From Eledone cirrhosa (Eukaryota), in contig OZ024740.1 in NCBI GenBank assembly GCA_964016885.1, positions 395,188,001 to 395,252,000 on the forward strand: DNA of 64,000 nucleotides, read 5' to 3'. Of this stretch, positions 26,276 through 40,040 are shown piece after piece. Both the position numbers and the translations under genes were made by a program. Every line of letters begins with the position of its first letter. Positions within the stretch are counted from its first letter, which is position 1. The notes below the pieces were generated by a model. It was not told the DNA's origin and made no database searches. It saw only the letters and a list, made by a program, of their open reading frames with translations.

Positions 26276-26423
26276 AATTGTTTCTACTTTAGGCACAAGG
26301 CCAGCAATTTGAAAGGGAGGGGAAAATCGATTAAATCGACCCCAGTGCAGTACTGGTACTTTATTTTATCGACCGTGTAAGGATGAAAGGCAAAGCTAAC
26401 CTCGGCGGGATTTGAACTCAGAA
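26276..26423 (-). mobile_element. Family 1 SINE, 5'-truncated
   Basis: Central domain and B box. Confidence 0.78.
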
Positions 26424-29421
26424 CGCTATTTTTTTCCTAGAATAAGTCTAAAAAATTGACCATGCGTCTTGGAGGCCGAAGGTTGTTTATTATTTTTTTC
26501 AAATTTTTGGGTGTCCTCAAGGATGAAGTATCTTCAAACCAGATACATTGGCTGAATGCTTGTAGCAGACTGAAGTCTACGAAAGGCACCTAAGGGCCAG
26601 GTGGTGGACCCAAACTGGTTGATGAATTAAGTATACCATCCATGTGTATCACAATGGAATTTGAACTCAGAATGTAGAGAGGCAGAACAGACACTACATA
26701 TCATCCAATGCCCTAACAATTCTATCAATTCACTTCTCTAAACTCATATTGTATTTTATGAACCTTGGAAAGAGGAAAGGCAAAGTTGACTTCAATAGGA
26801 TTTGAACTCAGAACACAAGGAGCCAGAATAAATACCACAAGGCATTTTATTTGTTGCTTCAGTGATTCCATCAGTGCGACAAAACATCTCTGCAGTGGAT
26901 TTGAGCAGAATACCAATGAACTGGCAGTCAATTACCTTACACTTACACTTACCCACTTCGATTCCACTTAGACAGCATCTGTATAGCTTCAGTGATGGCA
27001 CATATAGATATAAATATATATATATACCATCTAGCATTCAGTTGGCCAGCTGGCAGAGTGACATCCAAATATTGCAGTCAGTTTTCAGCATTTGCCAATT
27101 TCGGGCAGTAAAGATATTTTGATAAAAACAGAAAAGTAACCCGATATTCAGATGCAAAATAGAAATCATACCTAATTTTTGGAATTTTCTTTGTATTTTT
27201 ATATTTTTTGTTTTGTAGAAATCCATGGTGGTCACTATTAATATTACCCTATAAATCTGGAACTTTCTGTCGATATAAGACATTCCAGAATTCATTTAAT
27301 CAATTCGCATATGTTTCTCAGCAGTAGCCTGATCATCATTATCAACATTGCATTTATCGGTTATCTTCATTCTCATCATAGTCATCATCAACATAATCAA
27401 CAACTTTGTTTCCAATCATCATCATCACCATCATTTATAACAGCATTATCCTTCCAATCATTAGTATCATTACCTCTACCATTATCCCTACCACTGTCTG
27501 TCTCCTCCTCCTCCTCAAACACTGCCATCATGACCACCATCACCTCACTACATTATTTGAATGACAAGCCAGCAAAGTGGCTGGACCCTTTCCCAATTCA
27601 TGTTAATCCTGGCCATTTTCCATAATTATTCTCATTCATTTTTTTCTTTCCTTCTCTCATTCCTTATTTGCTTTTCATTCTTCCAATGCCTTTTTTTCTG
27701 ATTCTCTCCACAAGTTGGAAAGAAAGTCTTAGAAGAATGCTGCATATTAAATTGTATATATCTTCATCATCATCATCTTTATCAGTTTTCCATGCTGGTA
27801 TAGGTTGTCATGTTTCTTATCAGTTTTTGCTTGAAATTACTCCCTTTTAGACAGGTTAATGGACCATATTTTGAGGAAATGTTCCATTTTTAGCATGGTT
27901 TTAATGGCCAGTTCCCCTTTCTAAAACTAAATATTTCACAGACAGTACTGGGTACATTTTATATTGGCACCAGCACTACAGAGGTTATAATTTCTTTGAC
28001 AAAACTAATCACAAGAATGATATGCAAACGTCCAAAGCATTAACATATTCAATACAGTAAACATTAAATATCTAACTGGAAATTATGTTGTGAGGAAATG
28101 ACAACATTAACCCAATGACCAATATTATTTCAATCATTACAGTAAGTATGAGAAACAACTCCAGATATGTTTCCCCAGCAAATCATAGACTTCAATGTAA
28201 TTAAAGTAATTCTGAGAGAATCTTTATTTAAATGTACAATATTGTAGGCAGTTAGGTATGAAAAATTAGTGTGTGCTAAAAAAGAAATAAATCACAGTTA
28301 TTAATTATTCAAAAATGGTATCTGCATGATAAACAAGTTAGTGTTGAGATACATATATAATAGTGAGCATCAGAAAAATCTCAGAAATAGTTGGTCTATA
28401 GCCTGAGGAAAATGTGTTGTAAACTAGTGAATAAAAAGAGAAAAATAAACATTCTAAAAGCTCTGCTGACATTTTAAAATAAAGTATTTTCCGAAGAAAT
28501 CACTTAATTTAGATTAATTACCTACATTCAACTCATTTTTTTGCAGCTCTAGCAACTAATTTAGTTGTAAATAATTCATACAATTTTTGGAGCTTATTAC
28601 TCTATGAGCTGGTCAATTCTTTACATACATTTTTAACTCTCTCTTAAATAGGCATAAATATAATCAGAACTTCTGCTGGAAGAAAGGAATCAACACAGAG
28701 AAATTGGTATAGATGGTGATGGAGATATTGGGTGGCAGCAGTAGTGGTTGTAACTCAGCCTCAGGTCAGTCCTGACCATTCCATTCACCTATGACCAACC
28801 CATTATTTTCTCTGTGCAGGGAACCCAGAATATGTCTCTTTGTTTTTTGTTTTTTGTTTTTTTTTAATGAATGTAATTTAAATGAAATTTATCTGTTATT
28901 CCTAGCATGTCAAGCAACCACCTAACAATTTCCTTGTTATTGCTGTTGTGGTTTAGCCCCAGGTTAGTCCTGATTGAGTAAATCTATAATCAAAGGTATT
29001 CAGGACTTTTATTTTTCACAGACATAATGTATCCAGGACTGTGTTCTTCTTTCACTTTTTTAAAATAAGATTGTGGGGTGTGGTTTAATGAAAAATCTAC
29101 TTACAATTTCTAGCAGACTGAGCAACTATACAGATCTTCCCTCAACAGTAGTGTAAAGCCACTTCTTCTTGCCTACCCCACCCCCACCCCCTGCTGATTT
29201 AATAAACGTTTTGTTACCATATTTCTAATAAAAAACAGTACCTATGATTTTCAAATAATATTTTTTTTTAAGTTTGGAGAAATTTAGCAAAATAATTTTC
29301 ACAAAGTTCTGAAATAAAATTGTGTTGGTAGGTTATAATATAAATATGAGCACTTTAGAATGGACAGATTTGAATCATAAAACCAGGGCAGTTTTCGGCA
29401 GGCTGGTATCAAAAGGGTTAA

Positions 29422-29642
29422 CCCTTTAGCATTTACATTACTTTATATATACTGCTGTATTTTTGTGGTAAAGGCATTATCTTACATAATAATCTCACAT
29501 AATATCGAATCTTTGAGATTTTGATGTTATTTATTTTGAGAACAATACCTTAATATCAGTATGAGTGGCCAGTTATGGCCAGTTTGAAAATAAAGAGTTG
29601 AGAGAATTCTAGCCTGATACAGCCAGATTAAATGCTAAAGGC
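29422..29642. mobile_element. piggyBac-like MITE
   Basis: TTAA|ccctttagcattta ... taaatgctaaaggc|TTAA; shares its left TTAA with a second MITE ending aaaaggg. Confidence 0.7.
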
Positions 29643-32600
29643 TTAAAGCAGATATATGCCAACAATGGAGTATTTAATTCCTCATCACCCTAGACATCTT
29701 ACAATTATTGCTTGTCTATGTTAGAAATAATTACATTTGACATTTACTAATATCTTTGAAAAAGGTATGAAGATCATAATTTCACTCTCATTTCTTTCTT
29801 CTGTATGTCTAATCTTACAATGTCCTGGACACTCTATTTACTTGATCCTCTGTTATCTACTTATTCAATTATATATTTTTATTTTATATTTATTTGTATA
29901 CTTTTGTTTACTATTTTTCTGATTATTTTTTTCTTTATTAACATTGATATCTATTTTTATTATTATTTATTAAATCTTATTTTTTCTTTTCTCTTCTTCC
30001 CCTCTCCCTCAATCTGGTTAATCTCCCTATCCAATTATCTAGTTAAAATAAGTGATTCTGTATGTATTATTGACTGAATAACGGACTCAATGCATGTGTA
30101 GAATCTAATATTTATCATAATTCAATTGAAAGTTACTTGTCCAGCAAAACATTGATGTCACTCTCAATTATATGATTAATTGCACTACAGAGTATATGGT
30201 GCTAATTTATCTGGTAGCCACCTCTCAACAGGGTGTTTATGGCTTGACAAACATTGTTTTCTTTGTACCAGTTTAGGGAATTGGTTTAAATATTAATTTC
30301 ACTTTATGTAGAATGGCTGGGTCTTGTTGACCAAATGATCCACCTTCTGCCAACACATGTCAGAAGATAAACCACTGAAATAAATTACATTCTGCCGTAT
30401 TAGCAAAATGATATAACAGACAATGTAGTCCTTTATATATAACAGACAATGTAGTCCTTTATATATAAAATAGTATGATGGTTATGACAGGAACATCTTT
30501 AATCTGTTGACTGCCGCACATATTTTACACAGCTACAGTTGCTGTGCTGGGGGGGGGGGGTTTCAGTAAAATAGCTCTTTTTTTAAACAAACATTTATTG
30601 AAAACATATATCTGAATGATTGACAAATGTCACATCAATAAACTAGTAACCCCATCTAGCTTTGAAGTTACGAACTGTTTGAGACGAGTTCATAACTTTA
30701 AAGTTATGACTGTTGGAAAAAAAAGTCCAAACATGTTAGGACTAGTTATCTTGTCCGTGGCACTGGAATGCAAACATGTTAGGATGAGTTATCTCATCTA
30801 CAGCACTGAAGAGGTTAATCATATGTTGGCTCTATCAGATTTGATCTGATATTAAACAGCAATAATTTATATATGGAGGTTTTAAGGGTTCATGGCTGAT
30901 GATGTGCAACCATGCTCTAAGGTTACAATAAACCCAGGTTGTTTATTCGACTCATCTTTTTATACCTAACATCTTTGACTAAGTCTCAGTTTTAGGTGAG
31001 GCATAAATTAAGATTCTGCATCTAGTATCAAGATTATTGCCAGTGTCTTTTCTAGTATTGTAGTTACTTGTAATTTATAAAAGGATCCTAGCATATATAA
31101 ATAACAGTGTCCTAGGGGATATTTTAGACATTAAATAAAATAAACCCAGTGCTTTCCTTAAGAAAACTTTCAAGTTGAAGATTATGGATAGCTTCCAAAA
31201 AAAATACTTGGCCTAGCATTGCTACCAGACAACATTGTCAGTTTGCAATGCCATAAGTTGAAATGCACAAACAAAATTTTCTATGCACCAGTATAGTGTT
31301 TGAATGTTGCTGACTTGTGGAGGAATGTCAAATAACTGATACTGTGTGTAGGATGGATCACATTGTCAGTTAAGTCTATCATGAATTACAACTATAAGAA
31401 TACATTAGATGATATAGAGTCAGATACACTCTACTTGAAAAAAAAAACAAGATTATGGTTGGAATGCATTTACCACAAGTCTGTTCAATTGGGTAAATCT
31501 CACAGTTAAACAACTATAGTCATTACTATTGACATTATTGGAAGACCAAAGACTGGAGTTTGAAATTCATTTATATTACATCTCTGGCAATGAGATTAAT
31601 TAATACTCGGGCTCTGTTAATCCTAATATATTTCTCTGCTTAAAAATATCTAAAATATTCCAATGATGGCTTGAGAGGAAAAAATAAAATGTTTACTGCT
31701 AGAAATATGCCAAGAATCAGTCCAACCACTACAAAGATCTTTCTTAACTTGATATTTAGTTAGGAATTCTAGGAATCAGTGGGAAAAAAGGACATTTGGA
31801 ATACACAGATCAATAGATCAATAAGTGTTGCAGTTATTGAATATTGGAGAACTTACAGAAGACATGTTTTGTACCTGAAATGAAATGAAGTAGATATATA
31901 ATAAAGAGATATTGATCTGGAATATAGCTGTAGGAAATTATTGCAGTAGAAGATAAAAGAAAGTTTATACTATACCTTTTCTATGAGTTAAATAGTGGTT
32001 TATGATTAGATATGCTACAGCCTATAAATGTTGTTATTTTCATATTGATTTCTACCCTGAGATTTAGGAGGAGATTCTTTGAAAGGATTAATATCATTCC
32101 TTCCAGTCAGTAATTATATTACTTAGCTATAAAATATTGCAGGAACACCATCATCCATCACTCATTCATTCATTTACAGTTTTTAGTCATTAGACATATA
32201 TACTATATGTACTCATGTATAAGTTGCATCAACAGATAAGTTATACCTCCATTTTAAGTACACTTATAATGTACCATATATTTTGATTTGAGGTTTTTTA
32301 GGTCCAGTAGATGTTGTAGTTGTTTTTTTCTATTTTTTTTTGGTGGGGGAGTTGTTTTAGTTTTTTTCTATATTATATTTTCATGGAAAAAGGTGTGACT
32401 TATGCATAAGTTTATAAAGAAAATTGAAAACAAATTTTTCCAGCCAACCATCTCTCCACACCACTAACTATTACTAAATCCATGATAGTATCTGCCACAT
32501 AACTTGATATTCTGATGTGTAGTAACATTTTGTGTAGTCTGTAAATGTTGATGTTTTATAATTACACCTTCAAACAAGATTACACCTTCAAAGTAGATAT

Positions 32601-32731
32601 AGTTTGTATTGAGTACTTTATATTCGACAGTGGCTAATTCTGGGTTCACCAACATATTTCATCAATCTATATATATATAGATAGAGAGAGAGAGAGATTA
32701 CAGTAATCAAAGTTCAGTTTAAGTCATTTAT

Positions 32732-32780
32732 TTGCTTACAATTGTTTCCTCCAAACCGAGGTTTGGATTCTTCGGAGCAA
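32732..32780 (-). ncRNA. Minimal type I HHR of the Naiad element (left arm)
   Basis: Exact reverse complement of 39253-39301. Confidence 0.75.
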
Positions 32781-34310
32781 CTATTTACTGATCTATATCA
32801 TACTTGACCTCCTTTTCAACCCAAGAGACACATAAAACATATGCGCATATTGATCAACAGTGGGGTGACATTCATCAAATGATATAGCATGGCAATTTAC
32901 ATATAAAGGTTACAGGATAAAAATAAAATAAAAACAAGAGTGAAAATAAAGATAAACATGAAGCGTTGGCAGTCTATGAAGATAAAGCAAGAGGAAAGCT
33001 TAGAGTAGTCAGTGTATGAAACAATCTCCCGTGTAGCATGCACGCGTGTCTTATTTATACATGATTAGAGTGCGTCAGAATGATATTTGCAGGATCAGGC
33101 AGTTGAAGCAGGCAATCGATCTTATTATGTAGGCTGAATTATTAAGTCATTTATTCTCATACATCTGTATGATATACAGTCTCGGATGCGGGGAAACACC
33201 AAAATATCAAAAACTTTCAACATACTATAAACCTTATTGTATCGTAGGCAAGGCCGTACCACTGTCCTTGCTCACACCACCACTCACATAATCCATGAGA
33301 CGCAATATATATAGAGAACACGCGTCTATCGTATAATTCGCGGTGGTTCAGCATATAGTCAAGCTATAAACCGTATCCAGTCGGTTCTTAATTAATATAT
33401 CATGCTGTCCAGATTCCGGAAGTGCCTGAATGACTAAGGGGAATTAATGCGTAAGGGGAGGTAACTAGCTAGTTATCTTAGTTACATTACTATCCTAAAC
33501 TACATTAATGGTGATTCAAATACGTGCCTATCATGTGAAGTTATAACTAATATCTAGAGTATGTTACCCATTTATAGGTTAGAGAGTTGTCCATTAAGAA
33601 GTACAAGGGTGTATATATTAGGATGATTACCATCCATTAATTAAGGGGTGTCATATCTGAACGTTCTATAAGAGGAGTCAGACTCTCAAGTCACTGCTCC
33701 ATGCAAATGTAATATAACAGTAGGACCTGGTATGGTCCCACTATTATATATGCTACCCGGTAGGCTCCGGGTCATTGCATGCCTGCATCTCCAGTAAATC
33801 TTCGGTATGGTCCGGAGATCCAATCTCTCATATAAATGCACTAGTCTGGCCATCAAGCAATAGACAACCCCCGTCTCAAATATAAATCAATTATGTATCA
33901 CATCTACAAGCTAGAGTGGAGTCTATTAATAGGTACTAAAGGAGTTCACATCAAGATGATTACGTGCATAATTCATTGAACTGATCGCTTACAGTGTATA
34001 TTCACATAACAATACGATTATCTATCTAATCATCAATCTATCTCTTGGTGGTAATCCATGCACAGGACTATGCTATCGCAACCAGTACCGTGTCCCCAAT
34101 TTATACTAATCTTATATTTGTGCAATGCAGAATAAGTAGTCCACGGTCGAGATATCAGTATTAGAGGTACAAGGGGGTATTCCCAGGGTAGGTGGTACTA
34201 AAATGCTGTCAGTATTATCTTTAGAGTATAGAGATGGGTGTGGATGTGAGGTGTAAGGTGTGCTACTGATGTTAATTGCTAGGGGTGGTGCCGATTCCAG
34301 TCTGACATTA

Positions 34311-35915
34311 TTATATATAGGGTTTAAAGTTTTGGAACGAGTGTCGGAAGCGGTGTTGGCAATTTGCGAACACTTCTGATTTTTTATTAAGGAGATTATG
34401 TTTAGAGAAGATGATAGTATGGGTCTCTAGTAGACAGAGGTTACAAAATTTATCAGGTGGTTTGTACGATGTTGCACTACCTACCACTTCCCATTTAAGT
34501 GTATATATTTTATTTTTAGTTTTTAGATAGTGTATGTAGCTAGATAGTGAAGTGGAGTTGGCTAGACTGTGTTTTTTGAAAGAGTGGAGGTGCGAATTGT
34601 ATCTAGTTTTGAAGCAGTTAGAAGTGGAGCCTATGTAGGTTTCAGAAGAGCTGTTAGTTGTGACTGTACATGAGTATATGATATCCTTGGTTAAGCATTT
34701 TTTATCTAAAGGGCAGGTTCTACTTGATCTACAGTTACAATTACTCTGGGTGCTAGTCTGCCGGTTACTATGCTGTGTAGAAGTTTGGATGTTAGCTATA
34801 GGGTTATGGTTATGCGGGTTGTGGTGCGCAGCGTTAATGTTTATACTAGTGCTATTACTATTATTTCCATTGATATTCCGGTTATTTGTTATAATGTTAC
34901 TTTGACTGTTATTTTGAATGTTATTTTGAAGGTTTATCGACCGTTGTGATTTAGTTTGTTGGAAGTAAGAATTAATTTTTCTTTTATTTGTACTAGCTAT
35001 GTGGTATGCTAAGTTAGGCGTAGTAGAGTATGAGATCTTAATAGTGTTTTTGTTTAAAAGGCCGTGGTACCTGTGGCCGGATGGGAAGTGTTTATCTAGT
35101 AGTGAGAAGAAAGCCCTAGGAAGGTTGGTAGAGACGTTTAAATTGAAAGGAGGGTTGAAAAATGTATTATTTCTTCTTCTATTTCTGTTTTTTATGTCTG
35201 GTGATTTGTTTCCTTTAATGTTCCTATGGTCATTTCTGTGGTGCGGGTTACTCTTGTTGTTACAATCCCTATTAGTGTGTGTGCAGTTGCTATTCCTATT
35301 ATTAAATTTTCCCATGGACATGTTGTGTGAAATTATGTTGTAGCTATGTGTTTTTGTAGGTAGGAACTCTATCCCTGTATTATGGCCTGATCTAGCTAAT
35401 GCCTGATTATAATACTGCGAGTTATTGTTAAATGTGTTTATGTCATAGGATAGATTAGAGATTCTATTAGATACTCCCTTAGAGATAGAGTTCAATATAG
35501 ATTTAGGGTGGTTAGACTTGGTATCTACGTAGATGAGTTTTTCATTAGGTTTGTAGAAAGGTGCATATATCATTGAGTCTAAGTAGAGTGTGGCGTCTAG
35601 GAAGTTGACGTTTTTTGTGTTTTTGTCCATGGTAATACTAAGGTTAAAGTTTTTGAATGTTTTGTGCAATAGTTTTCTAGTCCTTTCTATATTGAATTTT
35701 TTATAGTCTATAAGTAGAAGTGCATCGTCGCGATACAAACCACCGCTGAGGTACGGAAGTTCCCTGTGGATTAGGTTAAGTAAGTATAGGCCAACCAAAT
35801 CAGTGACCTGCGCCGAGTCACTAGACCCCATAGTAATGTCGAAGTTGTTTTGCGTATCCTTGCGGGTCCATAATTGGTCCTCAAAGGTGATTATTGTTTT
35901 ACGGGCCGCAAGTAT
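34311..35915 (-). CDS. 5'-truncated PLE RT plus GIY-YIG endonuclease (left arm)
   Basis: Open frame FDITMGS, GLYRDD, FLDATL, SNHP, FFNPP, CNC..CPL, IIY..YIG, CNLC; lacks the RT N-terminus. Confidence 0.85.
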   Translation of the reverse strand: MLAARKTIITFEDQLWTRKDTQNNFDITMGSSDSAQVTDLVGLYLLNLIHRELPYLSGGLYRDDALLLIDYKKFNIERTRKLLHKTFKNFNLSITMDKNTKNVNFLDATLYLDSMIYAPFYKPNEKLIYVDTKSNHPKSILNSISKGVSNRISNLSYDINTFNNNSQYYNQALARSGHNTGIEFLPTKTHSYNIISHNMSMGKFNNRNSNCTHTNRDCNNKSNPHHRNDHRNIKGNKSPDIKNRNRRRNNTFFNPPFNLNVSTNLPRAFFSLLDKHFPSGHRYHGLLNKNTIKISYSTTPNLAYHIASTNKRKINSYFQQTKSQRSINLQNNIQNNSQSNIITNNRNINGNNSNSTSININAAHHNPHNHNPIANIQTSTQHSNRQTSTQSNCNCRSSRTCPLDKKCLTKDIIYSCTVTTNSSSETYIGSTSNCFKTRYNSHLHSFKKHSLANSTSLSSYIHYLKTKNKIYTLKWEVVGSATSYKPPDKFCNLCLLETHTIIFSKHNLLNKKSEVFANCQHRFRHSFQNFKPYI

Positions 35916-37722
35916 TAAACACAAGATTTACCTTAAGCAATGGGGAAATACGGGTGAAGTGATTGAATGGTTCAAAAATATCATAGATAACAAGGATAAA
36001 AAATTTATTCAATTTGATATCAACTCTTACTACACCTCTATTTCCCCTATCCTACTAAATAAGGCACTTATAATGGCCATGGACAATAGTGACTTGACTA
36101 GACCCCAGATTGATGTCATACTTGCGGCCCGTAAAACAATAATCACCTTTGAGGACCAATTATGGACCCGCAAGGATACGCAAAACAACTTCGACATTAC
36201 TATGGGGTCTAGTGACTCGGCGCAGGTCACTGATTTGGTTGGCCTATACTTACTTAACCTAATCCACAGGGAACTTCCGTACCTCAGCGGTGGTTTGTAT
36301 CGCGACGATGCACTTCTACTTATAGACTATAAAAAATTCAATATAGAAAGGACTAGAAAACTATTGCACAAAACATTCAAAAACTTTAACCTTAGTATTA
36401 CCATGGACAAAAACACCAAAAACGTCAACTTCCTAGACGCCACACTCTACTTAGACTCAATGATATATGCACCTTTCCACAAACCTAATGAAAAACTCAT
36501 CTACGTAGATACCAAGTCTAACCACCCTAAATCTATATTGAACTCTATCTCTAAGGGAGTATCTAATAGAATCTCTAATCTATCCTATGACATAAACACA
36601 TTTAACAATAACTCGCAGTATTATAATCAGGCATTAGCTAGATCAGGCCATAATACAGGGATAGAGTTCCTACCTACAAAAACACATAGCTACAACATAA
36701 TTTCACACAACATGTCCATGGGAAAATTTAATAATAGGAATAGCAACTGCACACACACTAATAGGGATTGTAACAACAAGAGTAACCCGCACCACAGAAA
36801 TGACCATAGGAACATTAAAGGAAACAAATCACCAGACATAAAAAACAGAAATAGAAGAAGAAATAATACATTTTTCAACCCTCCTTTCAATTTAAACGTC
36901 TCTACCAACCTTCCTAGGGCTTTCTTCTCACTACTAGATAAACACTTCCCATCCGGCCACAGGTACCACGGCCTTTTAAACAAAAACACTATTAAGATCT
37001 CATACTCTACTACGCCTAACTTAGCATACCACATAGCTAGTACAAATAAAAGAAAAATTAATTCTTACTTCCAACAAACTAAATCACAACGGTCGATAAA
37101 CCTTCAAAATAACATTCAAAATAACAGTCAAAGTAACATTATAACAAATAACCGGAATATCAATGGAAATAATAGTAATAGCACTAGTATAAACATTAAC
37201 GCTGCGCACCACAACCCGCATAACCATAACCCTATAGCTAACATCCAAACTTCTACACAGCATAGTAACCGGCAGACTAGCACCCAGAGTAATTGTAATT
37301 GTAGATCAAGTAGAACCTGCCCTTTAGATAAAAAATGCTTAACCAAGGATATCATATACTCATGTACAGTCACAACTAACAGCTCTTCTGAAACCTACAT
37401 AGGCTCCACTTCTAACTGCTTCAAAACTAGATACAATTCGCACCTCCACTCTTTCAAAAAACACAGTCTAGCCAACTCCACTTCACTATCTAGCTACATA
37501 CACTATCTAAAAACTAAAAATAAAATATATACACTTAAATGGGAAGTGGTAGGTAGTGCAACATCGTACAAACCACCTGATAAATTTTGTAACCTCTGTC
37601 TACTAGAGACCCATACTATCATCTTCTCTAAACATAATCTCCTTAATAAAAAATCAGAAGTGTTCGCAAATTGCCAACACCGCTTCCGACACTCGTTCCA
37701 AAACTTTAAACCCTATATATAA
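35916..37722 (+). CDS. 5'-truncated Naiad-type PLE RT plus GIY-YIG endonuclease (right arm)
   Basis: QW.NT..VIEWF, FIQFDI..Y.SI, FDITMGS, GLYRDD, SNHP, HFP..H, CNCR...CPL..KCL, DIIY...YIG, CNLCL.E; no internal stops. The first 37 aa of the track ORF are antisense read-through from the left arm. Confidence 0.9.
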
Positions 37723-39252
37723 TAATGTCAGACTGGAATCGGCACCACCCCTAGCAATTAACATCAGTAGCACACCTTACACCTCACATCCACACCCATC
37801 TCTATACTCTAAAGATAATACTGACAGCATTTTAGTACCACCTACCCTGGGAATACCCCCTTGTACCTCTAATACTGATATCTCGACCGTGGACTACTTA
37901 TTCTGCATTGCACAAATATAAGATTAGTATAAATTGGGGACACGGTACTGGTTGCGATAGCATAGTCCTGTGCATGGATTACCACCAAGAGATAGATTGA
38001 TGATTAGATAGATAATCGTATTGTTATGTGAATATACACTGTAAGCGATCAGTTCAATGAATTATGCACGTAATCATCTTGATGTGAACTCCTTTAGTAC
38101 CTATTAATAGACTCCACTCTAGCTTGTAGATGTGATACATAATTGATTTATATTTGAGACGGGGGTTGTCTATTGCTTGATGGCCAGACTAGTGCATTTA
38201 TATGAGAGATTGGATCTCCGGACCATACCGAAGATTTACTGGAGATGCAGGCATGCAATGACCCGGAGCCTACCGGGTAGCATATATAATAGTGGGACCA
38301 TACCAGGTCCTACTGTTATATTACATTTGCATGGAGCAGTGACTTGAGAGTCTGACTCCTCTTATAGAACGTTCAGATATGACACCCCTTAATTAATGGA
38401 TGGTAATCATCCTAATATATACACCCTTGTACTTCTTAATGGACAACTCTCTAACCTATAAATGGGTAACATACTCTAGATATTAGTTATAACTTCACAT
38501 GATAGGCACGTATTTGAATCACCATTAATGTAGTTTAGGATAGTAATGTAACTAAGATAACTAGCTAGTTACCTCCCCTTACGCATTAATTCCCCTTAGT
38601 CATTCAGGCACTTCCGGAATCTGGACAGCATGATATATTAATTAAGAACCGACTGGATACGGTTTATAGCTTGACTATATGCTGAACCACCGCGAATTAT
38701 ACGATAGACGCGTGTTCTCTATATATATTGCGTCTCATGGATTATGTGAGTGGTGGTGTGAGCAAGGACAGTGGTACGGCCTTGCCTACGATACAATAAG
38801 GTTTATAGTATGTTGAAAGTTTTTGATATTTTGGTGTTTCCCCGCATCCGAGACTGTATATCATACAGATGTATGAGAATAAATGACTTAATAATTCAGC
38901 CTACATAATAAGATCGATTGCCTGCTTCAACTGCCTGACCCTGCAAATATCATTCTGACGCACTCTAATCATGTATAAATAAGACACGCGTGCATGCTAC
39001 ACGGGAGATTGTTTCATACACTGACTACTCTAAGCTTTCCTCTTGCTTTATCTTCATAGACTGCCAACGCTTCATGTTTATCTTTATTTTCACTCTTGTT
39101 TTTATTTTATTTTTATCCTGTAACCTTTATATGTAAATTGCCATGCTATATCATTTGATGAATGTCACCCCACTGTTGATCAATATGCGCATATGTTTTA
39201 TGTGTCTCTTGGGTTGAAAAGGAGGTCAAGTATGTTATAGATCAGTAAATAG

Positions 39253-39301
39253 TTGCTCCGAAGAATCCAAACCTCGGTTTGGAGGAAACAATTGTAAGCA
39301 A
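39253..39301 (+). ncRNA. Minimal type I HHR of the Naiad element (right arm)
   Basis: ttgct-CCGAAGA-a-tccaaacc/tc/ggtttgga-g-GAAA-caattg-TA-agcaa; palindromic stem III; AATAAA follows immediately. Confidence 0.75.
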
Positions 39302-39504
39302 ATAAATGACTTAAACTGAACTTTGATTACTGTAATCTCTATATAACTGCTCTGTAAAACAACTGATGTTATTACATTGAGCTATTTATCTTACTGGTAA
39401 TAGGATAGTAATTAATGACTATCTCTCACTATTTAGGGTTTGTATATATAATATATTACCATTAAAGGTTTTATTGCATACATAACCATAAATAGTACCC
39501 TTAA

Positions 39505-39555
<51 letters not shown>

Positions 39556-39584
39556 TATATTACATAATCATAAATCTGAATGGA

Positions 39585-40040
39585 AATGCTGTAAAGACAG
39601 TAAAGTTTGTTTACTTGGGATCCACAATATCTAGCATGCTATCTTTTGATGAAAATCTGAACAGAAGAATTGGTAAAGCTATAGCAGCCATTAGGAAACT
39701 TGGCAAAAGGGCATGGGAAAATGATGAGCTCAAATCAAAGACTTGTGTTCTTTCAACTCCTCTTTATGGGTGTAAGACTTGGACAATGTATTCATGTTAA
39801 AAAAGAAGACTGAACTGCTTTCACATGCACTGTTTGGAGAAGATACTCAACATCAAATAGCAAGATAAAATACTTGATACAGAAGTGTTCCAAAGAGCAG
39901 ATGTTTCATCAATCCACCCCATTCTTAGACACAGATGACTAAGATGGCTTTGTCATGTCTCTTGAATGGATGAATCTCGAATCTCGAAGCAAGTGCTGTG
40001 TGGAGAACTAGCAGATGGAAGAAGGAACATAGGACATCCT
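39585..40040 (+). pseudogene. RTE (BovB-like) LINE RT C-terminal fragment
   Basis: FVYLGSTIS, RRIGKA, LYGCKTWT, FHMHCL, LRWLCHV.*MDESRISKQVL.GEL. Confidence 0.85.

Larger units (their letters stand above)
32693..39508. mobile_element. Naiad-type Penelope-like element as a head-to-head inverted duplication
   Basis: Arms 32693-35915 and 36118-39340 (3223 bp; coordinates sum to 72033 at every point checked), 202-bp spacer. The plus copy appears to extend to (AT)n at about 39508. Confidence 0.95.

Noticed and set aside
35803-35915. N-terminal 37 aa of the 639-aa ORF as a real protein start
   Set aside because: It is the antisense of the left arm reading through the inversion junction and begins at GTG.
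35916-39340. Selenoprotein recoding or SECIS, as reported for some Naiads
   Set aside because: There is no in-frame TGA, all zinc-finger positions are Cys codons, and I saw no convincing SECIS by eye.
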